Notes: a model not told the origin generated them from the sequence alone. DNA of 64,000 nucleotides from an uncultured Prevotella sp. (GCA_944319945.1 CALUFN010000003.1:4101-68100), one strand, 5' to 3'. Counted from the first letter of the stretch, positions 19,106-29,375 are shown. Made by a program: numbers and translations.

Positions 19106-20425
19106 ATGAGGAATACATTATCCCTATATGAGCTTAACTCGCTCGTGCGCGAAGCCGTAGAGCTGACCCTGCCCGACGCCTATTGGGTGGAGGCTGAGTT
19201 GTCGGAAGTGCGCGAGCGCGGCGGACACTGCTATATGGAACTGGTGCAGAAAGACGCGCTCGGCTCCACTACCGTGGCGCGCGCGTCGGCAAGATGCTGG
19301 CGCAGCACGTGGGCTTTGGCCGGTCCGCACTTCGAGCACGTGACCGGAGAGCAGCTGCGCGCCGGCATGAAAGTGCTGTTGCAGGTGCGTGCGCAGTTTC
19401 ACGAGAACTTCGGCTTCTCATGGATAGTATCCGACATCGACCCCGTATTCACCCTCGGCGACATGGCGCGTAAGCGTCGTGAGGTGGTAAACGCGCTTAA
19501 GGCCGAAGGCGTGTTCGATCTTAACAAGGAACTTCAGCTCACGCCTTTCGCCCGTCGCATAGCCGTGATATCAAGCGACACGGCGGCTGGATACGGTGAC
19601 TTCTGCAACCAGCTGGCCGGCAACGCTTACGGCTTCAGCTTCAGCGTGACGCTCTTTCCTGCCGTGATGCAGGGCGGACGCACCGAGCAGAGCGTGATAT
19701 CGGCCCTTAATGCCGTCAACGCCGATGCCGACAACTTTGACTGCGTGGTGATAATCCGCGGCGGAGGAGCCACGAGCGACCTTTCGGCCTTCGACTCGCT
19801 GCTGCTTGCTGAGAATGTGGCCAACTTCCCGCTGCCCGTCATCACCGGCATAGGTCACGAGCGCGACGAGTCTGTTGTCGACATGGTGGCCCATACGCGC
19901 GCCAAGACCCCTACGGCTGCGGCCGAAGTACTGATAGGCAACCTGAAGCGCACGGCCGATCGTGTGGCCGACGCCGGACGGCGGATAGCCTCGTCGGTGA
20001 CACGCCGCATGGACATGGAACGCATGCGCCTCGGCCGGACGGCAGAGCGCATACCGGTGCTGTTCTCGCTCTTCAACGCCCGCAGCACGGCACGTCTCGA
20101 TGCCGTTTGGAGTCGGCTCGAGGCTGCGGCGAGGCGCAGTGTTACGGCGGCCGGAGTGAGGCTCGACCGCCTCTCGTCGTCCATTCCTCCGTCGGCTGCA
20201 CGCCGGCTCGTGGCCGCACGCCACCGCATAGAGCTGCTCGAGCAACGCGTGGCCGCAGCCGACCCCGCACGCCTGCTTAAGCGCGGATACTCAATTACGC
20301 TCCTCGGCGGCCGCGCCGTGCGCTCGGCCGCCGAGCTGAAAGCCGGCGACGAGATCGAAACACGTCTCGGGCGCGGTAGGGTTAAGTCGGTAGTAGGAGG
20401 CAAAACAACGTCAGACAAATCATGA
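19106..20425 (+). CDS. xseA: Exodeoxyribonuclease VII large subunit
   Basis: LSLYELN, WVEAELSE, GHCYMEL, IIRGGG and TGIGHERD. True start MRNTL at 19106, not 18914. Confidence 0.95.
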   Translation: MRNTLSLYELNSLVREAVELTLPDAYWVEAELSEVRERGGHCYMELVQKDALGSTTVARASARCWRSTWALAGPHFEHVTGEQLRAGMKVLLQVRAQFHENFGFSWIVSDIDPVFTLGDMARKRREVVNALKAEGVFDLNKELQLTPFARRIAVISSDTAAGYGDFCNQLAGNAYGFSFSVTLFPAVMQGGRTEQSVISALNAVNADADNFDCVVIIRGGGATSDLSAFDSLLLAENVANFPLPVITGIGHERDESVVDMVAHTRAKTPTAAAEVLIGNLKRTADRVADAGRRIASSVTRRMDMERMRLGRTAERIPVLFSLFNARSTARLDAVWSRLEAAARRSVTAAGVRLDRLSSSIPPSAARRLVAARHRIELLEQRVAAADPARLLKRGYSITLLGGRAVRSAAELKAGDEIETRLGRGRVKSVVGGKTTSDKS

Positions 20426-20442
20426 ATAATTAAAATCCCATC

Positions 20443-20637
20443 ATGCCAAAAGAACTTAAATACGAAGAAGCCCTCAGGCAACTTGAGGACATCGCCGCAA
20501 AAATGGAAAACGACGAGCTTGACATAGATAGTCTCGGCGAACAGCTGAAGACCGCCCAAAAGCTGATAAGGCTGTGCAAGGCCAAGCTCTCGAAAACCGA
20601 CGAGGATATCAAGAAAATACTCGAAGGCGAGTCGTGA
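20443..20637 (+). CDS. xseB: Exodeoxyribonuclease VII small subunit
   Basis: YEEALRQLEDI...ELDID pattern; directly follows xseA. Confidence 0.93.
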   Translation: MPKELKYEEALRQLEDIAAKMENDELDIDSLGEQLKTAQKLIRLCKAKLSKTDEDIKKILEGES

Positions 20638-20747
20638 CCTGACGGTGGGCCTTGCATGCCTTGTTGCAAATAATCCTGAAAAAAATTGCTCGTTACTGAG
20701 ATTATTACTATTTTTGCACTAACAAACTTAACAATAAAAATGATATT

Positions 20748-21770
20748 ATGAAAAATCTGGATTGGGCAAATTTGTCTTTCGGCTATGTTCCGACAGACTA
20801 CAACGTCCGTTGCTACTATCGTGACGGTAAATGGGGCGAAATAGAAGTGTGCTCTGACGAATACATCAAGATGCACATGGCAGCCACGTGTCTGCATTAT
20901 GGTCAGGAGGCTTTCGAGGGTTTGAAGGCTTACCGCTGTCCTGACGGCAAGGTGCGCGTGTTCCGTATGGACGAGAACGCCGCCCGCCTGCAGAGCACAT
21001 GCCGCGGCATTCTCATGCCCGAGGTGCCTACTGAGCTTTTCGAGGAAATGGTTGCTAAGGTCGTACGCCTCAACCAAGACTACATACCGACTTACGAGAG
21101 CGGCGCTACGCTGTACATTCGCCCGCTGCTTGTGGGCATGTCTGCCCAAGTAGGAGTGCATCCGGCTTCCGAATACCTGTTCATGATATTCGTTACTCCC
21201 GTCGGTCCTTACTTCAAGGGCGGGTTTGCCGCTAATCCTTACGTCATCATTCGCGAGTACGACCGCTCCGCTCCGCTCGGTACGGGTATATATAAGGTGG
21301 GAGGAAACTACGCCGCTTCGTTGCGCGCAAACAAGATGGCGCACGACATGGGCTACGCTTGCGAGTTCTATCTCGACGCGAAGGAGAAGAAATACATGGA
21401 CGAGTGCGGCGCTGCCAACTTCTTCGGCATCAAGGACAACACCTACGTCACGCCGAAGTCTACAAGCATCTTGCCGAGCATTACCAACAAGAGCCTGATG
21501 CAGCTTGCCGAAGACATGGGCATGAAGGTGGAGCGCAGGCAGATTCCAGAGGAAGAGCTTGCCACGTTCGAGGAGGCCGGAGCCTGCGGCACGGCGGCCG
21601 TGATAAGCCCTATTTCAAAGATAGACGACCTTGAGGAGAAGAAGAGTTTCGTGATAAGCAAGGACGGAAAGCCCGGTCCGATATGCACGAAACTTTATAA
21701 TAAGCTGCGTAACATACAGTACGGCATTGAACCGGACGTGCACGGATGGACGAAAGTTGTAATCGAATAA
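20748..21770 (+). CDS. ilvE: Branched-chain amino acid aminotransferase
   Basis: LHYGQEAFEGLKAY, KVGGNYA, LPSITNKS and GACGTAAVISPI. Confidence 0.95.
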   Translation: MKNLDWANLSFGYVPTDYNVRCYYRDGKWGEIEVCSDEYIKMHMAATCLHYGQEAFEGLKAYRCPDGKVRVFRMDENAARLQSTCRGILMPEVPTELFEEMVAKVVRLNQDYIPTYESGATLYIRPLLVGMSAQVGVHPASEYLFMIFVTPVGPYFKGGFAANPYVIIREYDRSAPLGTGIYKVGGNYAASLRANKMAHDMGYACEFYLDAKEKKYMDECGAANFFGIKDNTYVTPKSTSILPSITNKSLMQLAEDMGMKVERRQIPEEELATFEEAGACGTAAVISPISKIDDLEEKKSFVISKDGKPGPICTKLYNKLRNIQYGIEPDVHGWTKVVIE

Positions 21771-21863
21771 GTTAGGATTTAAGAGTTAAGAATTAAGAAA
21801 ATCATCGTTCAAGCATACTTTCTTATATTCTTAACTCTTAACTTTTAACTCTTAATCTTAATT
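21771..21863. repeat. Heptamer-built palindrome between ilvE and trmB
   Basis: TTAAGAGTTAAGAATTAAGAAA (21779-21800) versus TTTCTTATATTCTTAACTCTTAA (21819-21841), plus extra units. Confidence 0.85.
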
Positions 21864-21866
21864 AGG

Positions 21867-22637
21867 ATGAGCAAAGGTAAGTTAGCAAAGTTCGCCGACA
21901 TGGAACGGTACGAGAACGTATTCCAATACCCTTATTCCGTTGTCGAGCAAGTCCCCTTCGAGATGAAAGGCCGTTGGCGTGAGATGTATTTCCATAATGA
22001 CAACCCCATTGTGCTCGAACTTGGCTGCGGTAAGGGCGAATATGCCGTCGGGCTTGCCCGCTTATTCCCTGATGTCAACTTCATCGGGGTGGACATAAAG
22101 GGGGCGCGCATGTGGACGGGAGCAACGCAAGCGTTGGCCGAAGGCTTGAAGAACGTGGCTTTCTTGCGCACCAACATTGAGATAATCGACCGCTTCTTCT
22201 CGGCCGACGAGGTGCAGGAAATATGGCTTACGTTCAGCGATCCGCAGATGAAGAATGTGCGCAAGCGCCTTACAAGCACGTTTTTCATGGAGCGTTACCG
22301 CCGTTTCCTTGTCGACGGAGGCGTGGTGCATGTCAAGACGGACAGTAATTTCTTGTTCACATACACCACGTACATGGTGGAACATAATCGTCTGCCTTTG
22401 CTCTTCAGGACGGAGGATCTTTACCATACGGCCGAGCTTGACGATGACACACGCCGCATACTCTCGATACAAACATATTATGAGAGCCAATGGATAGAGC
22501 GTGGACTGAACATACGTTACATGAAGTTCAGGCTTCCGCACGGCACGGCGTTGGAAGAGTCGAATGTCGAGATTCCCGTAGACGATTACCGCAGCTACCG
22601 CAGGACGGGACGAAGCGGAGTGGAGAAGAGAAGATAA
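21867..22637 (+). CDS. trmB: tRNA (guanine-N7)-methyltransferase
   Basis: [27 protein letters not shown] and HVKTDS. Confidence 0.95.
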   Translation: MSKGKLAKFADMERYENVFQYPYSVVEQVPFEMKGRWREMYFHNDNPIVLELGCGKGEYAVGLARLFPDVNFIGVDIKGARMWTGATQALAEGLKNVAFLRTNIEIIDRFFSADEVQEIWLTFSDPQMKNVRKRLTSTFFMERYRRFLVDGGVVHVKTDSNFLFTYTTYMVEHNRLPLLFRTEDLYHTAELDDDTRRILSIQTYYESQWIERGLNIRYMKFRLPHGTALEESNVEIPVDDYRSYRRTGRSGVEKRR

Positions 22638-22643
22638 AGGCGT

Positions 22644-22748
22644 AAGGGTGGAAAGGTAAAAAAGTAAAAAGGTAAAAAAGTAAAACTGCATCACAGGATT
22701 TGAATGCTTTACTCTTTTACCTTTTTACTTTTTTACCTTTCCACCCTT
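22644..22748. repeat. Octamer-built (GGTAAAAA) palindrome with 41-bp arms and 1 mismatch, between convergent genes; likely bidirectional terminator
   Basis: Arms at 22644-22684 and 22708-22748. Confidence 0.9.
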
Positions 22749-22755
22749 TCACTTT

Positions 22756-23853
22756 TTATTTTATTTGTACGATCTTAGTGGGGCTTTGTTCCTTATTCCG
22801 CCTGTTGGTCATCGTCACCACGGCTTGGGCGAGATTGATAAACGCCTGGCCGGTAACGGTGCCTGCGTTGAGGGCCGACGGTGTGCCCGCATCGCCGCTT
22901 TCGCAGATGCTTTGCACCATCGGAATCTGCGCCAATAAGGGCAGGCCCATCTCTTTTGCAAGGTTTTTGCAGCCGTCTTTACCGAAGATATAATATTTGT
23001 TCTCAGGCAGTTCGGCCGGTGTAAACCAAGCCATGTTTTCTACAAGTCCGAGTATTGGCACGTTCACCTTGTCGTTCCTGTACATGTCTATGCCCTTGCG
23101 AGCGTCGGCAAGGGCCACCTTCTGCGGCGTGCTCACTATCACGGCACCCGTTATGGCCAGTGTTTGCAGCAGCGTGAGGTGGATGTCGCTCGTGCCGGGA
23201 GGCGTGTCAAGGATGAAATAGTCAAGGTCGCCCCAGTCGGCGTCGCCGATAAGCTGTTTCAGCGCGTTCGACGCCATGCCTCCCCTCCAAAGCGTGGCCG
23301 TGTCCGGATTGACGAAGAAACCGATGCTGAGCAGCCTCACTCCGTATTTCTCTATAGGCTCTATCAGGGCGCGTCCGTCCTTGTTCACGGCGTAAGGGCG
23401 AGCGTCCTCAACGTTGAACATCTTAGGCATCGACGGACCGAATATGTCAGTGTCTAATAGGCCCACCTTGTATCCCAATCGTGCCAGCGCGATGGCGAGG
23501 TTGGCCGCCACGGTGCTTTTGCCCACTCCGCCCTTGCCCGAGCTTACTGCTATGGTGTTTTTCACCCCCGGCAGCATCTTGCCCGGCTCGGGGCGCGGTT
23601 TTGATTTAGTCTCTACGGTAATCGTCACCTCTACGTCTTTGTTCACATGATAATGTATGGCCGCTTCCGCCGCTTTAATCGTCGACTTCATGAAGGGGTC
23701 GGTGTCGCGTGGGAATATCAGCGAGAACGACACCTTCATGCCGTCAATACGCATGTTGTCGGCTATCATTTCGCTTTCAACCAGATTCTTTTTCGTGCCG
23801 GGATACGTTACCGTAGCCAGCGCGTCTGTTATTAATTTAGGATATAGTGTCAT
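22756..23853 (-). CDS. mrp: Mrp/NBP35 (ApbC) Fe-S cluster carrier ATPase
   Basis: N-terminal DUF59-like region, SSGKGGVGKST, DTDIFGPS, DTPPGTSD and ENMA. Confidence 0.92.
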   Translation of the reverse strand: MTLYPKLITDALATVTYPGTKKNLVESEMIADNMRIDGMKVSFSLIFPRDTDPFMKSTIKAAEAAIHYHVNKDVEVTITVETKSKPRPEPGKMLPGVKNTIAVSSGKGGVGKSTVAANLAIALARLGYKVGLLDTDIFGPSMPKMFNVEDARPYAVNKDGRALIEPIEKYGVRLLSIGFFVNPDTATLWRGGMASNALKQLIGDADWGDLDYFILDTPPGTSDIHLTLLQTLAITGAVIVSTPQKVALADARKGIDMYRNDKVNVPILGLVENMAWFTPAELPENKYYIFGKDGCKNLAKEMGLPLLAQIPMVQSICESGDAGTPSALNAGTVTGQAFINLAQAVVTMTNRRNKEQSPTKIVQIK

Positions 23854-23944
23854 AATGGTTTTGTTTTACTGAGATGCAAAGGTAGTGCAATTAGGCATTA
23901 ATGCAAAATAAAAGCGCGAAGAAACGTTTTTTATTTTTACAGGC

Positions 23945-24046
23945 TAAGGCTGTATGGCGCATTTCCAAAAGGTGTCCTTTTGCCTTGTGAAAGGTAACCT
24001 TTTGCCTCCTGAAAGGTTACCTTTTGCAGCCTAAAAGGTGGCATTT
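23945..24046. repeat. 22-bp-phased palindrome array 3 (4-5 units)
   Basis: Units at 23968, 23990, 24012, 24034 (AAAGGTGTCCTTT, AAAGGTAACCTTT, AAAGGTTACCTTT, AAAGGTGGCATTT), plus a degenerate unit at 23945. Confidence 0.9.
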
Positions 24047-24384
24047 TGCAATCCGCTCGGGCACGCGTGCCGCCTTGAGTCCGTATGTCGTTGACTTTCA
24101 GTGAGGAACGAATGCAATCCGGTCGGCATTCTGACGCGACTTGGCGGCTCCCCGCCCGGCCGGGGCGCGTGGGCGGATGAAAACCCGGACATTTGCTCGC
24201 GTGAAAATGAAACGATGGCGGCCGTTTGTCATGTTTTTATCAAAAAACATAGATTGGAATGCGTTTTTATCGGTAAAATTTGTTATATTTGCACCTCGTA
24301 AGCGAGACGTGGCCAATATGCGGCTTGCATGTTTACCGCGCTGGCGTTGCAGGGAATCTAATTAAAGTATAAACACTAAATTTT

Positions 24385-25296
24385 ATGAAACCTACATTAT
24401 TGTTGTTGGCTGCCGGCATGGGCAGCCGTTATGGCGGCTTAAAACAGCTTGACGGTCTTGGCCCTAACGGTGAGACCATCATGGATTATTCCATTTACGA
24501 TGCCATTAAGGCCGGATTCGGCAAGATCGTGTTTGTCATCCGTAAGGACTTCGAGCAGGATTTCAGGGACAAGGTGCTCTGCAAGTACGAAGGCCATGTG
24601 CCCGTAGAGCTTTGCTTCCAAAGCCTCGACGCCCTGCCCGAGGGCTTCACATGCCCCGAAGGGCGAGTAAAGCCGTGGGGTACCAATCATGCGGTGCTTA
24701 TGGCTAAGGACGTGATCCGCGAGCCGTTCTGCGTCATCAACTGCGACGACTTCTACAACCGCGACGCCTTCATGGTTATAGGCAAGTTCCTTGCCGACCT
24801 TCCCGAAGGCAGCACCAACCGTTACGCAATGGTCGGATTCAGGGTAGGCAACACGCTGTCTGAGAACGGCACCGTGGCCCGCGGCATCTGTTCTAAGGAC
24901 GCCGACGAGAACCTTACCACCGTGGTGGAGCGCACTGAGATAATGCGCGTTGACGGCAAGGTGAGCTACAAGGACGAGCAGGGTGCATGGGTGGCCGTAG
25001 GCGACAACACTCCCGTGTCAATGAACATGTGGGGATTCACTCCCGATTACTTCGCCCACAGTGAGGAATACTTCAAGGGCTTCCTCGCAGATCCGGCCAA
25101 CATGGCCAACCCGAAGGCCGAGTTCTTCATCCCGCTGATGGTAAACAAGCTCATCAACGAAGGCACGGCTACGGTCAAGGTGCTCGACACTACGAGCAAA
25201 TGGTTCGGCGTGACTTATGCCGCCGACCGCCAAAGCGTTGTCGATAAGATCCAAAGCCTTGTCGACGAAGGAGTATATCCTAATAAATTATGGTAA
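24385..25296 (+). CDS. Sugar-phosphate nucleotidyltransferase family protein
   Basis: LLAAGMGSRYGGLKQ, KPWGTNHAVL, VINCDDFY and NMWGF. Confidence 0.88.
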   Translation: MKPTLLLLAAGMGSRYGGLKQLDGLGPNGETIMDYSIYDAIKAGFGKIVFVIRKDFEQDFRDKVLCKYEGHVPVELCFQSLDALPEGFTCPEGRVKPWGTNHAVLMAKDVIREPFCVINCDDFYNRDAFMVIGKFLADLPEGSTNRYAMVGFRVGNTLSENGTVARGICSKDADENLTTVVERTEIMRVDGKVSYKDEQGAWVAVGDNTPVSMNMWGFTPDYFAHSEEYFKGFLADPANMANPKAEFFIPLMVNKLINEGTATVKVLDTTSKWFGVTYAADRQSVVDKIQSLVDEGVYPNKLW

Positions 25297-25390
25297 CTGA
25301 TTAGCGCAAACGGGCGGATAAGTCGATCGTGACGACCGTCGGCTTATCTGTCCGTTCGTCGTATTTTATTCTGCTTGTCAACCTTAAAAA

Positions 25391-26422
25391 ATGAATATCG
25401 ACATACTTTCTCCTGCCGAACTTGAACAGTTGCGCACCTTGATTGACACTTCCTCGAAAATCGTATTGTGCTGTCATCGCAGCCCCGACGGCGACGCCGT
25501 AGGCGCGGTGCTCGGCCTGGCCGAGTATCTGCGAAGTTGCGGCAAGGTGCCCGTAATGGTGATACCCGATGCTTATCCCGACTTCCTGCAATGGCTCCCG
25601 GGCACGGAGCGTATGGTGCGTTACGACAAGCATAAGGGGTTTGCCGATGAGATATTGTCGGATGCGGAGCTGCTGTTCTGCCTTGACTTCAACACAGCCT
25701 CGCGCACCGACGACATGGCGCCCCGCATTACGGAGTCGCCGGCTAAGAAGGTGATGATAGACCACCACCTGAACCCCGACATGGATACCGTCTTGTGCGT
25801 GTCGCACCCCGAGGCATGCAGCACGTGCGAGCTGGTGTTCCGCATCATCTGGCAGCTCGGCGGGTTCGACTTGATGACGAGAAAGTGCGCCGTGCCGCTT
25901 TATTGCGGCATGATGACTGATACCGGAGGCTTCTCTTACAACTCGTCGCGCCCGGAGATATTCTTCATCATAAGCCAGCTGCTGACCAAGCAAATCAATA
26001 AGGACAAGATCTACCGCAACGTCTACAACAACTACAGCGAGTCGAGAATGAGGCTGACCGGATACGTGCTGTACAAGAAGATGGTAGTGATACCTGAATG
26101 CCGCGCGGCGTATTTCGTGCTTACGCGCGACGACTTGAAAAACTTCCGCTACATAAAAGGAGACGCCGAGGGGCTTGTCAACATGCCGTTGCAGATAAAG
26201 GGGACCAAGCTCAGCATCTCGTTGCGCCAAGATACGGAAAAAGACAACCTCGTATGGGTAAGCCTGCGCTCGGTCGACGATTTTCCGTGCAACCGCATGG
26301 CGGAGCTGTATTTCAACGGTGGAGGGCATCTTAACGCTTCGGGAGGCCGGCTCGAGTGTCCGATTGACGAGGCCGAGACCATCGTGCGTAAGGCTATAAC
26401 GGAGTTTTGCGCCGTGAAATGA
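25391..26422 (+). CDS. nrnA: DHH/DHHA1 phosphoesterase (NrnA-like oligoribonuclease/pAp phosphatase)
   Basis: HRSPDGDAVG, CLDF, IDHH, TDTGGF and GGGHLNASG. Confidence 0.85.
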   Translation: MNIDILSPAELEQLRTLIDTSSKIVLCCHRSPDGDAVGAVLGLAEYLRSCGKVPVMVIPDAYPDFLQWLPGTERMVRYDKHKGFADEILSDAELLFCLDFNTASRTDDMAPRITESPAKKVMIDHHLNPDMDTVLCVSHPEACSTCELVFRIIWQLGGFDLMTRKCAVPLYCGMMTDTGGFSYNSSRPEIFFIISQLLTKQINKDKIYRNVYNNYSESRMRLTGYVLYKKMVVIPECRAAYFVLTRDDLKNFRYIKGDAEGLVNMPLQIKGTKLSISLRQDTEKDNLVWVSLRSVDDFPCNRMAELYFNGGGHLNASGGRLECPIDEAETIVRKAITEFCAVK

Positions 26423-26549
26423 CCGACTGGGGAGTACGTCCGCAATAATTCGGGAACGCAGATCGGGCGGCGTTTAATAGGAAGAGGCATGACTGACATT
26501 CATGCCGGCTTGACCGTTATTATATGTTTAATTAATCAGAAATTGAGTT

Positions 26550-27113
26550 ATGAGAAAGAATTTCGGAGCCAAACCGTGGACTTATCCGCAACCGGTGTTT
26601 ATCGTTGCGACTTACGGTGAAGACGGTACTCCCGACGCGATGAACGCGGCTTGGGGAGGAATTGATTATGACGACCGTATAAACCTTTGTCTGAGCGCGG
26701 GGCACAAGACAGTGAAGAACCTGCTTGCTTCTAAGGCCTTTACGGTGAGCATGGGCACGGCAGACATGCTTGTGGCATGCGATTACGTAGGCATAGAGTC
26801 GGCAAACAAGGTGGAAGGAAAGTTCTGTAAGGCCGGCTTCCATGCCGTAAAGTCCGATTTTGTCAATGCCCCGCTGATAGCCGAGTTGCCGATGGCCGTC
26901 GAATGCGAGCTGGTGTCTTATGATCCCGGCACGTGTCATTTGGTCGGGCGCATAGTTAACGTGTGTGCCGATGAGAGCATATTGGACGAAAAGGGGAAAA
27001 TAGACCCTGCGAAGCTACGCCCGATAACCTTCGACCCCGTGCACAATGATTATCTGGTGATAGGCGGAAAGGTGGGCGATGCCTTTAAGGACGGAATGAA
27101 ATTGAAAGGCTGA
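26550..27113 (+). CDS. Flavin reductase family protein
   Basis: YPQPVFIVATY, DAMNAAWGG and APLIAELP. Confidence 0.88.
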   Translation: MRKNFGAKPWTYPQPVFIVATYGEDGTPDAMNAAWGGIDYDDRINLCLSAGHKTVKNLLASKAFTVSMGTADMLVACDYVGIESANKVEGKFCKAGFHAVKSDFVNAPLIAELPMAVECELVSYDPGTCHLVGRIVNVCADESILDEKGKIDPAKLRPITFDPVHNDYLVIGGKVGDAFKDGMKLKG

Positions 27114-27159
27114 AAGGCCGCGTGGCTTACATGCCGCGGTTACAGAATGATTGTGTGTC

Positions 27160-27846
27160 ATGGTAGCTTCTTCGGTCGATATGGAGAGCTTCGTGCTCGA
27201 AAACGGCTTTATGCCGTTCTTCTCCTGCGGAATACCCGGATTCTCGATAGAAGAGAATACGCCGGCGGAATTGTGGTTTTCGGCCGACGACGACGGCCCG
27301 TGGGAGTGGAAGGGTCCGGTGATACGTGAGGGGCATTGCGCCTACGGCAAGATGTTCTGTCGTAAGGCCGGCTTCGTAAGCCTTGAGTGGCTGCCCGACA
27401 TGATTAATTACCGCCGCTCGAAGCGTTACGCTAAAGACGACGACACCGCCGCGCTCGACGACGCAGTGCTGCAAACCATAATGTCGGAAGGCGGCGCCAC
27501 GGTGAAAGAGCTGCGCCGCATGCTCGGCTTTGTCAAGGGCAGGGGGCGGCGCGCCGACTGCGGCCTTGTAGACAGCATGCCTGATTGCGGCAAGGTGTCG
27601 CTTGAGTCTATCCTCACGCGGCTTATGATGAGCATGCGTGTGGTGATATCCGATTTCGAGTATAACATCGACAGGCACGGCAATCCCTACGGTTGGGGCG
27701 TGGCCCGTTATGCCTTACCCGAGACCCTGTACGGCCGTCTTGACGTGAGACGCACGCCCGAAGAGTCGTTTGACAGGATATGCAGCCACCTGGCCCGAAG
27801 GCTGCCTTCGGTGGCCGAAGATAAGATAATAAGGCTCGTAGGCTGA
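27160..27846 (+). CDS. AlkZ-related / HTH_42-like hypothetical protein
   Basis: GFMPFF, GPWEWKG, AYGKMF...GFVSLEW...YRR and YGWGVARY resemble AlkZ-related Bacteroidales proteins; start uncertain. Confidence 0.6.
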   Translation: MVASSVDMESFVLENGFMPFFSCGIPGFSIEENTPAELWFSADDDGPWEWKGPVIREGHCAYGKMFCRKAGFVSLEWLPDMINYRRSKRYAKDDDTAALDDAVLQTIMSEGGATVKELRRMLGFVKGRGRRADCGLVDSMPDCGKVSLESILTRLMMSMRVVISDFEYNIDRHGNPYGWGVARYALPETLYGRLDVRRTPEESFDRICSHLARRLPSVAEDKIIRLVG

Positions 27847-27904
27847 CCTTGTGTTGCGCCAGTCGTAAGTAGCTTGCAGTCAGGCTATTGCCGCAGGCCT
27901 TCTG

Positions 27905-27983
27905 GCTTGCCGCCTTTTACGCTGCAATATGCCGCATATTGCAGCGTAAAAGGTATCTTTTTACAGGCCGAAAGGCGGCCTTT
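27905..27983. repeat. 22-bp-phased palindrome array 4 (4 units, 2 degenerate), containing a perfect 19-bp-arm hairpin
   Basis: Units at 27905, 27927, 27949, 27971; CCTTTTACGCTGCAATATG-CCG-CATATTGCAGCGTAAAAGG. Confidence 0.8.
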
Positions 27984-28125
27984 TACATTGGGGCGGTCGG
28001 CTGCGCGCCTGCATCCAGATAACCGCTTGCAGATGAAAATAAAAGTTCGTTTCTTCGGCTTTTATTTTGTTTTTCGCCCGACTTGCACTATCTTTGCAGC
28101 GCAAAACGGAAATCATAAAGTAAAA

Positions 28126-28161
28126 ATGGACGATTATCACGCGGAGAAAATGAAATTGTAG
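28126..28161 (+). CDS. Putative 11-aa leader peptide upstream of corA (MDDYHAEKMKL)
   Basis: A-rich initiation region, about 30 nt downstream of the -7 box TATCTTTG (28089), followed by a hairpin. Confidence 0.4.
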   Translation: MDDYHAEKMKL

Positions 28162-28228
28162 GGTGAGGAGGCGTAGGCTCATGGCTGGTCTTCCCCACTT
28201 GGCGTAACATTTTTTGGAGGATTAGCAA

Positions 28229-29155
28229 ATGAGAACATTCTGGAACACCAACAACGGATTGAAGCAGATCGGCGAATGGGAGCCGAACTGCTGGATACAA
28301 GTGACATGTCCCACCGAAGACGACCAGCGCTTGCTGGAGGAGGAATTTAAGATTCCCGATTATTTCCTTTCAGACATCAGCGATAACGACGAGCGTGCCC
28401 GCTACGAGTATGACGACGGCTGGATGCTCATCATCCTGCGCATACCCTTCGTTAAGGAGATACGCTCGCGCACGCCTTACACCACCGTGCCGTTGGGCAT
28501 CATACACAAGCGCGACGTCACGATAACCGTATGCTTCCACGAGACCAACATGATGATAGACTTCGTGAGCTACCAGCAGAAGCGCGGCGAGGGCTTTACC
28601 GACTACGTAGACATGATATTCCGCCTGTTCCTTTCGTCGGCCGTGTGGTATCTTAAGCGTCTTAAGCAGATCAACAGTCTCATAGAGAAGGCCAAGCGCA
28701 ACCTCGACCGGGAGGTAAACAACGAGTCGCTCATCGGCCTTTCGCGCCTGCAAGACTCGCTTACATACTTCATCACGTCGATACGCGGCAACGAGAACCT
28801 GCTGGCAAAGCTGAAGTTCAAGCTGCAGGTGGACGAGCTCGACGCCGACCTTATAGAAGACGTCAACATCGAGATGAGCCAGGCGCGCGAGACCACCAAC
28901 ATATACTCTGACATTCTCGAGTCTACGATGGACACGTACTCGAGCATCATCAACAACAACATGAACACCGTGATGCGTACTCTTACGTCGGTATCCATCA
29001 TCCTGATGTTCCCCACGCTCATAGCCAGCATCTTCGGTATGAACCTGATCAACGGCATGGAACACAACAAGTTCGGCTTCCTTATCGCCATAGTCGTGTC
29101 GGCCATGATTTCAGGCATATCTTGGTGGATTTTCAGACACAAACGGCTCATTTAG
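28229..29155 (+). CDS. corA: Magnesium transporter CorA family
   Basis: NNNMNTVMRTLT, TM1 ending in the GMN signature (IFGMNL) and TM2. Confidence 0.93.
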   Translation: MRTFWNTNNGLKQIGEWEPNCWIQVTCPTEDDQRLLEEEFKIPDYFLSDISDNDERARYEYDDGWMLIILRIPFVKEIRSRTPYTTVPLGIIHKRDVTITVCFHETNMMIDFVSYQQKRGEGFTDYVDMIFRLFLSSAVWYLKRLKQINSLIEKAKRNLDREVNNESLIGLSRLQDSLTYFITSIRGNENLLAKLKFKLQVDELDADLIEDVNIEMSQARETTNIYSDILESTMDTYSSIINNNMNTVMRTLTSVSIILMFPTLIASIFGMNLINGMEHNKFGFLIAIVVSAMISGISWWIFRHKRLI

Positions 29156-29375
29156 TAATAAAAAACGAATTTTTCCGGATTTTGTTTGCGGATTTACAAT
29201 ATTTTTAATTAAGTTTGCAAGCCTATAATATAAATATGTGAAATAAGAAACAAGCAGACAAGACACGGGCCGGCAAGCATGAACGGCTCGGCCGGCGGTA
29301 AACGGCCGGCGACCGACGTAACACGGCTGCTTCCGTGACGGTCGGCGGTTGACTTGTCTACTAATAAAAACTTAC

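Noticed and set aside
25301-26329. Long antisense or alternate-frame ORFs (e.g. 25301-26329, 29919-30947, 34392-35348, 20430-21344, 6826-7629)
   Set aside because: They shadow well-supported genes on the opposite strand, show no recognisable motifs, and are expected from codon bias in GC-rich CDS.
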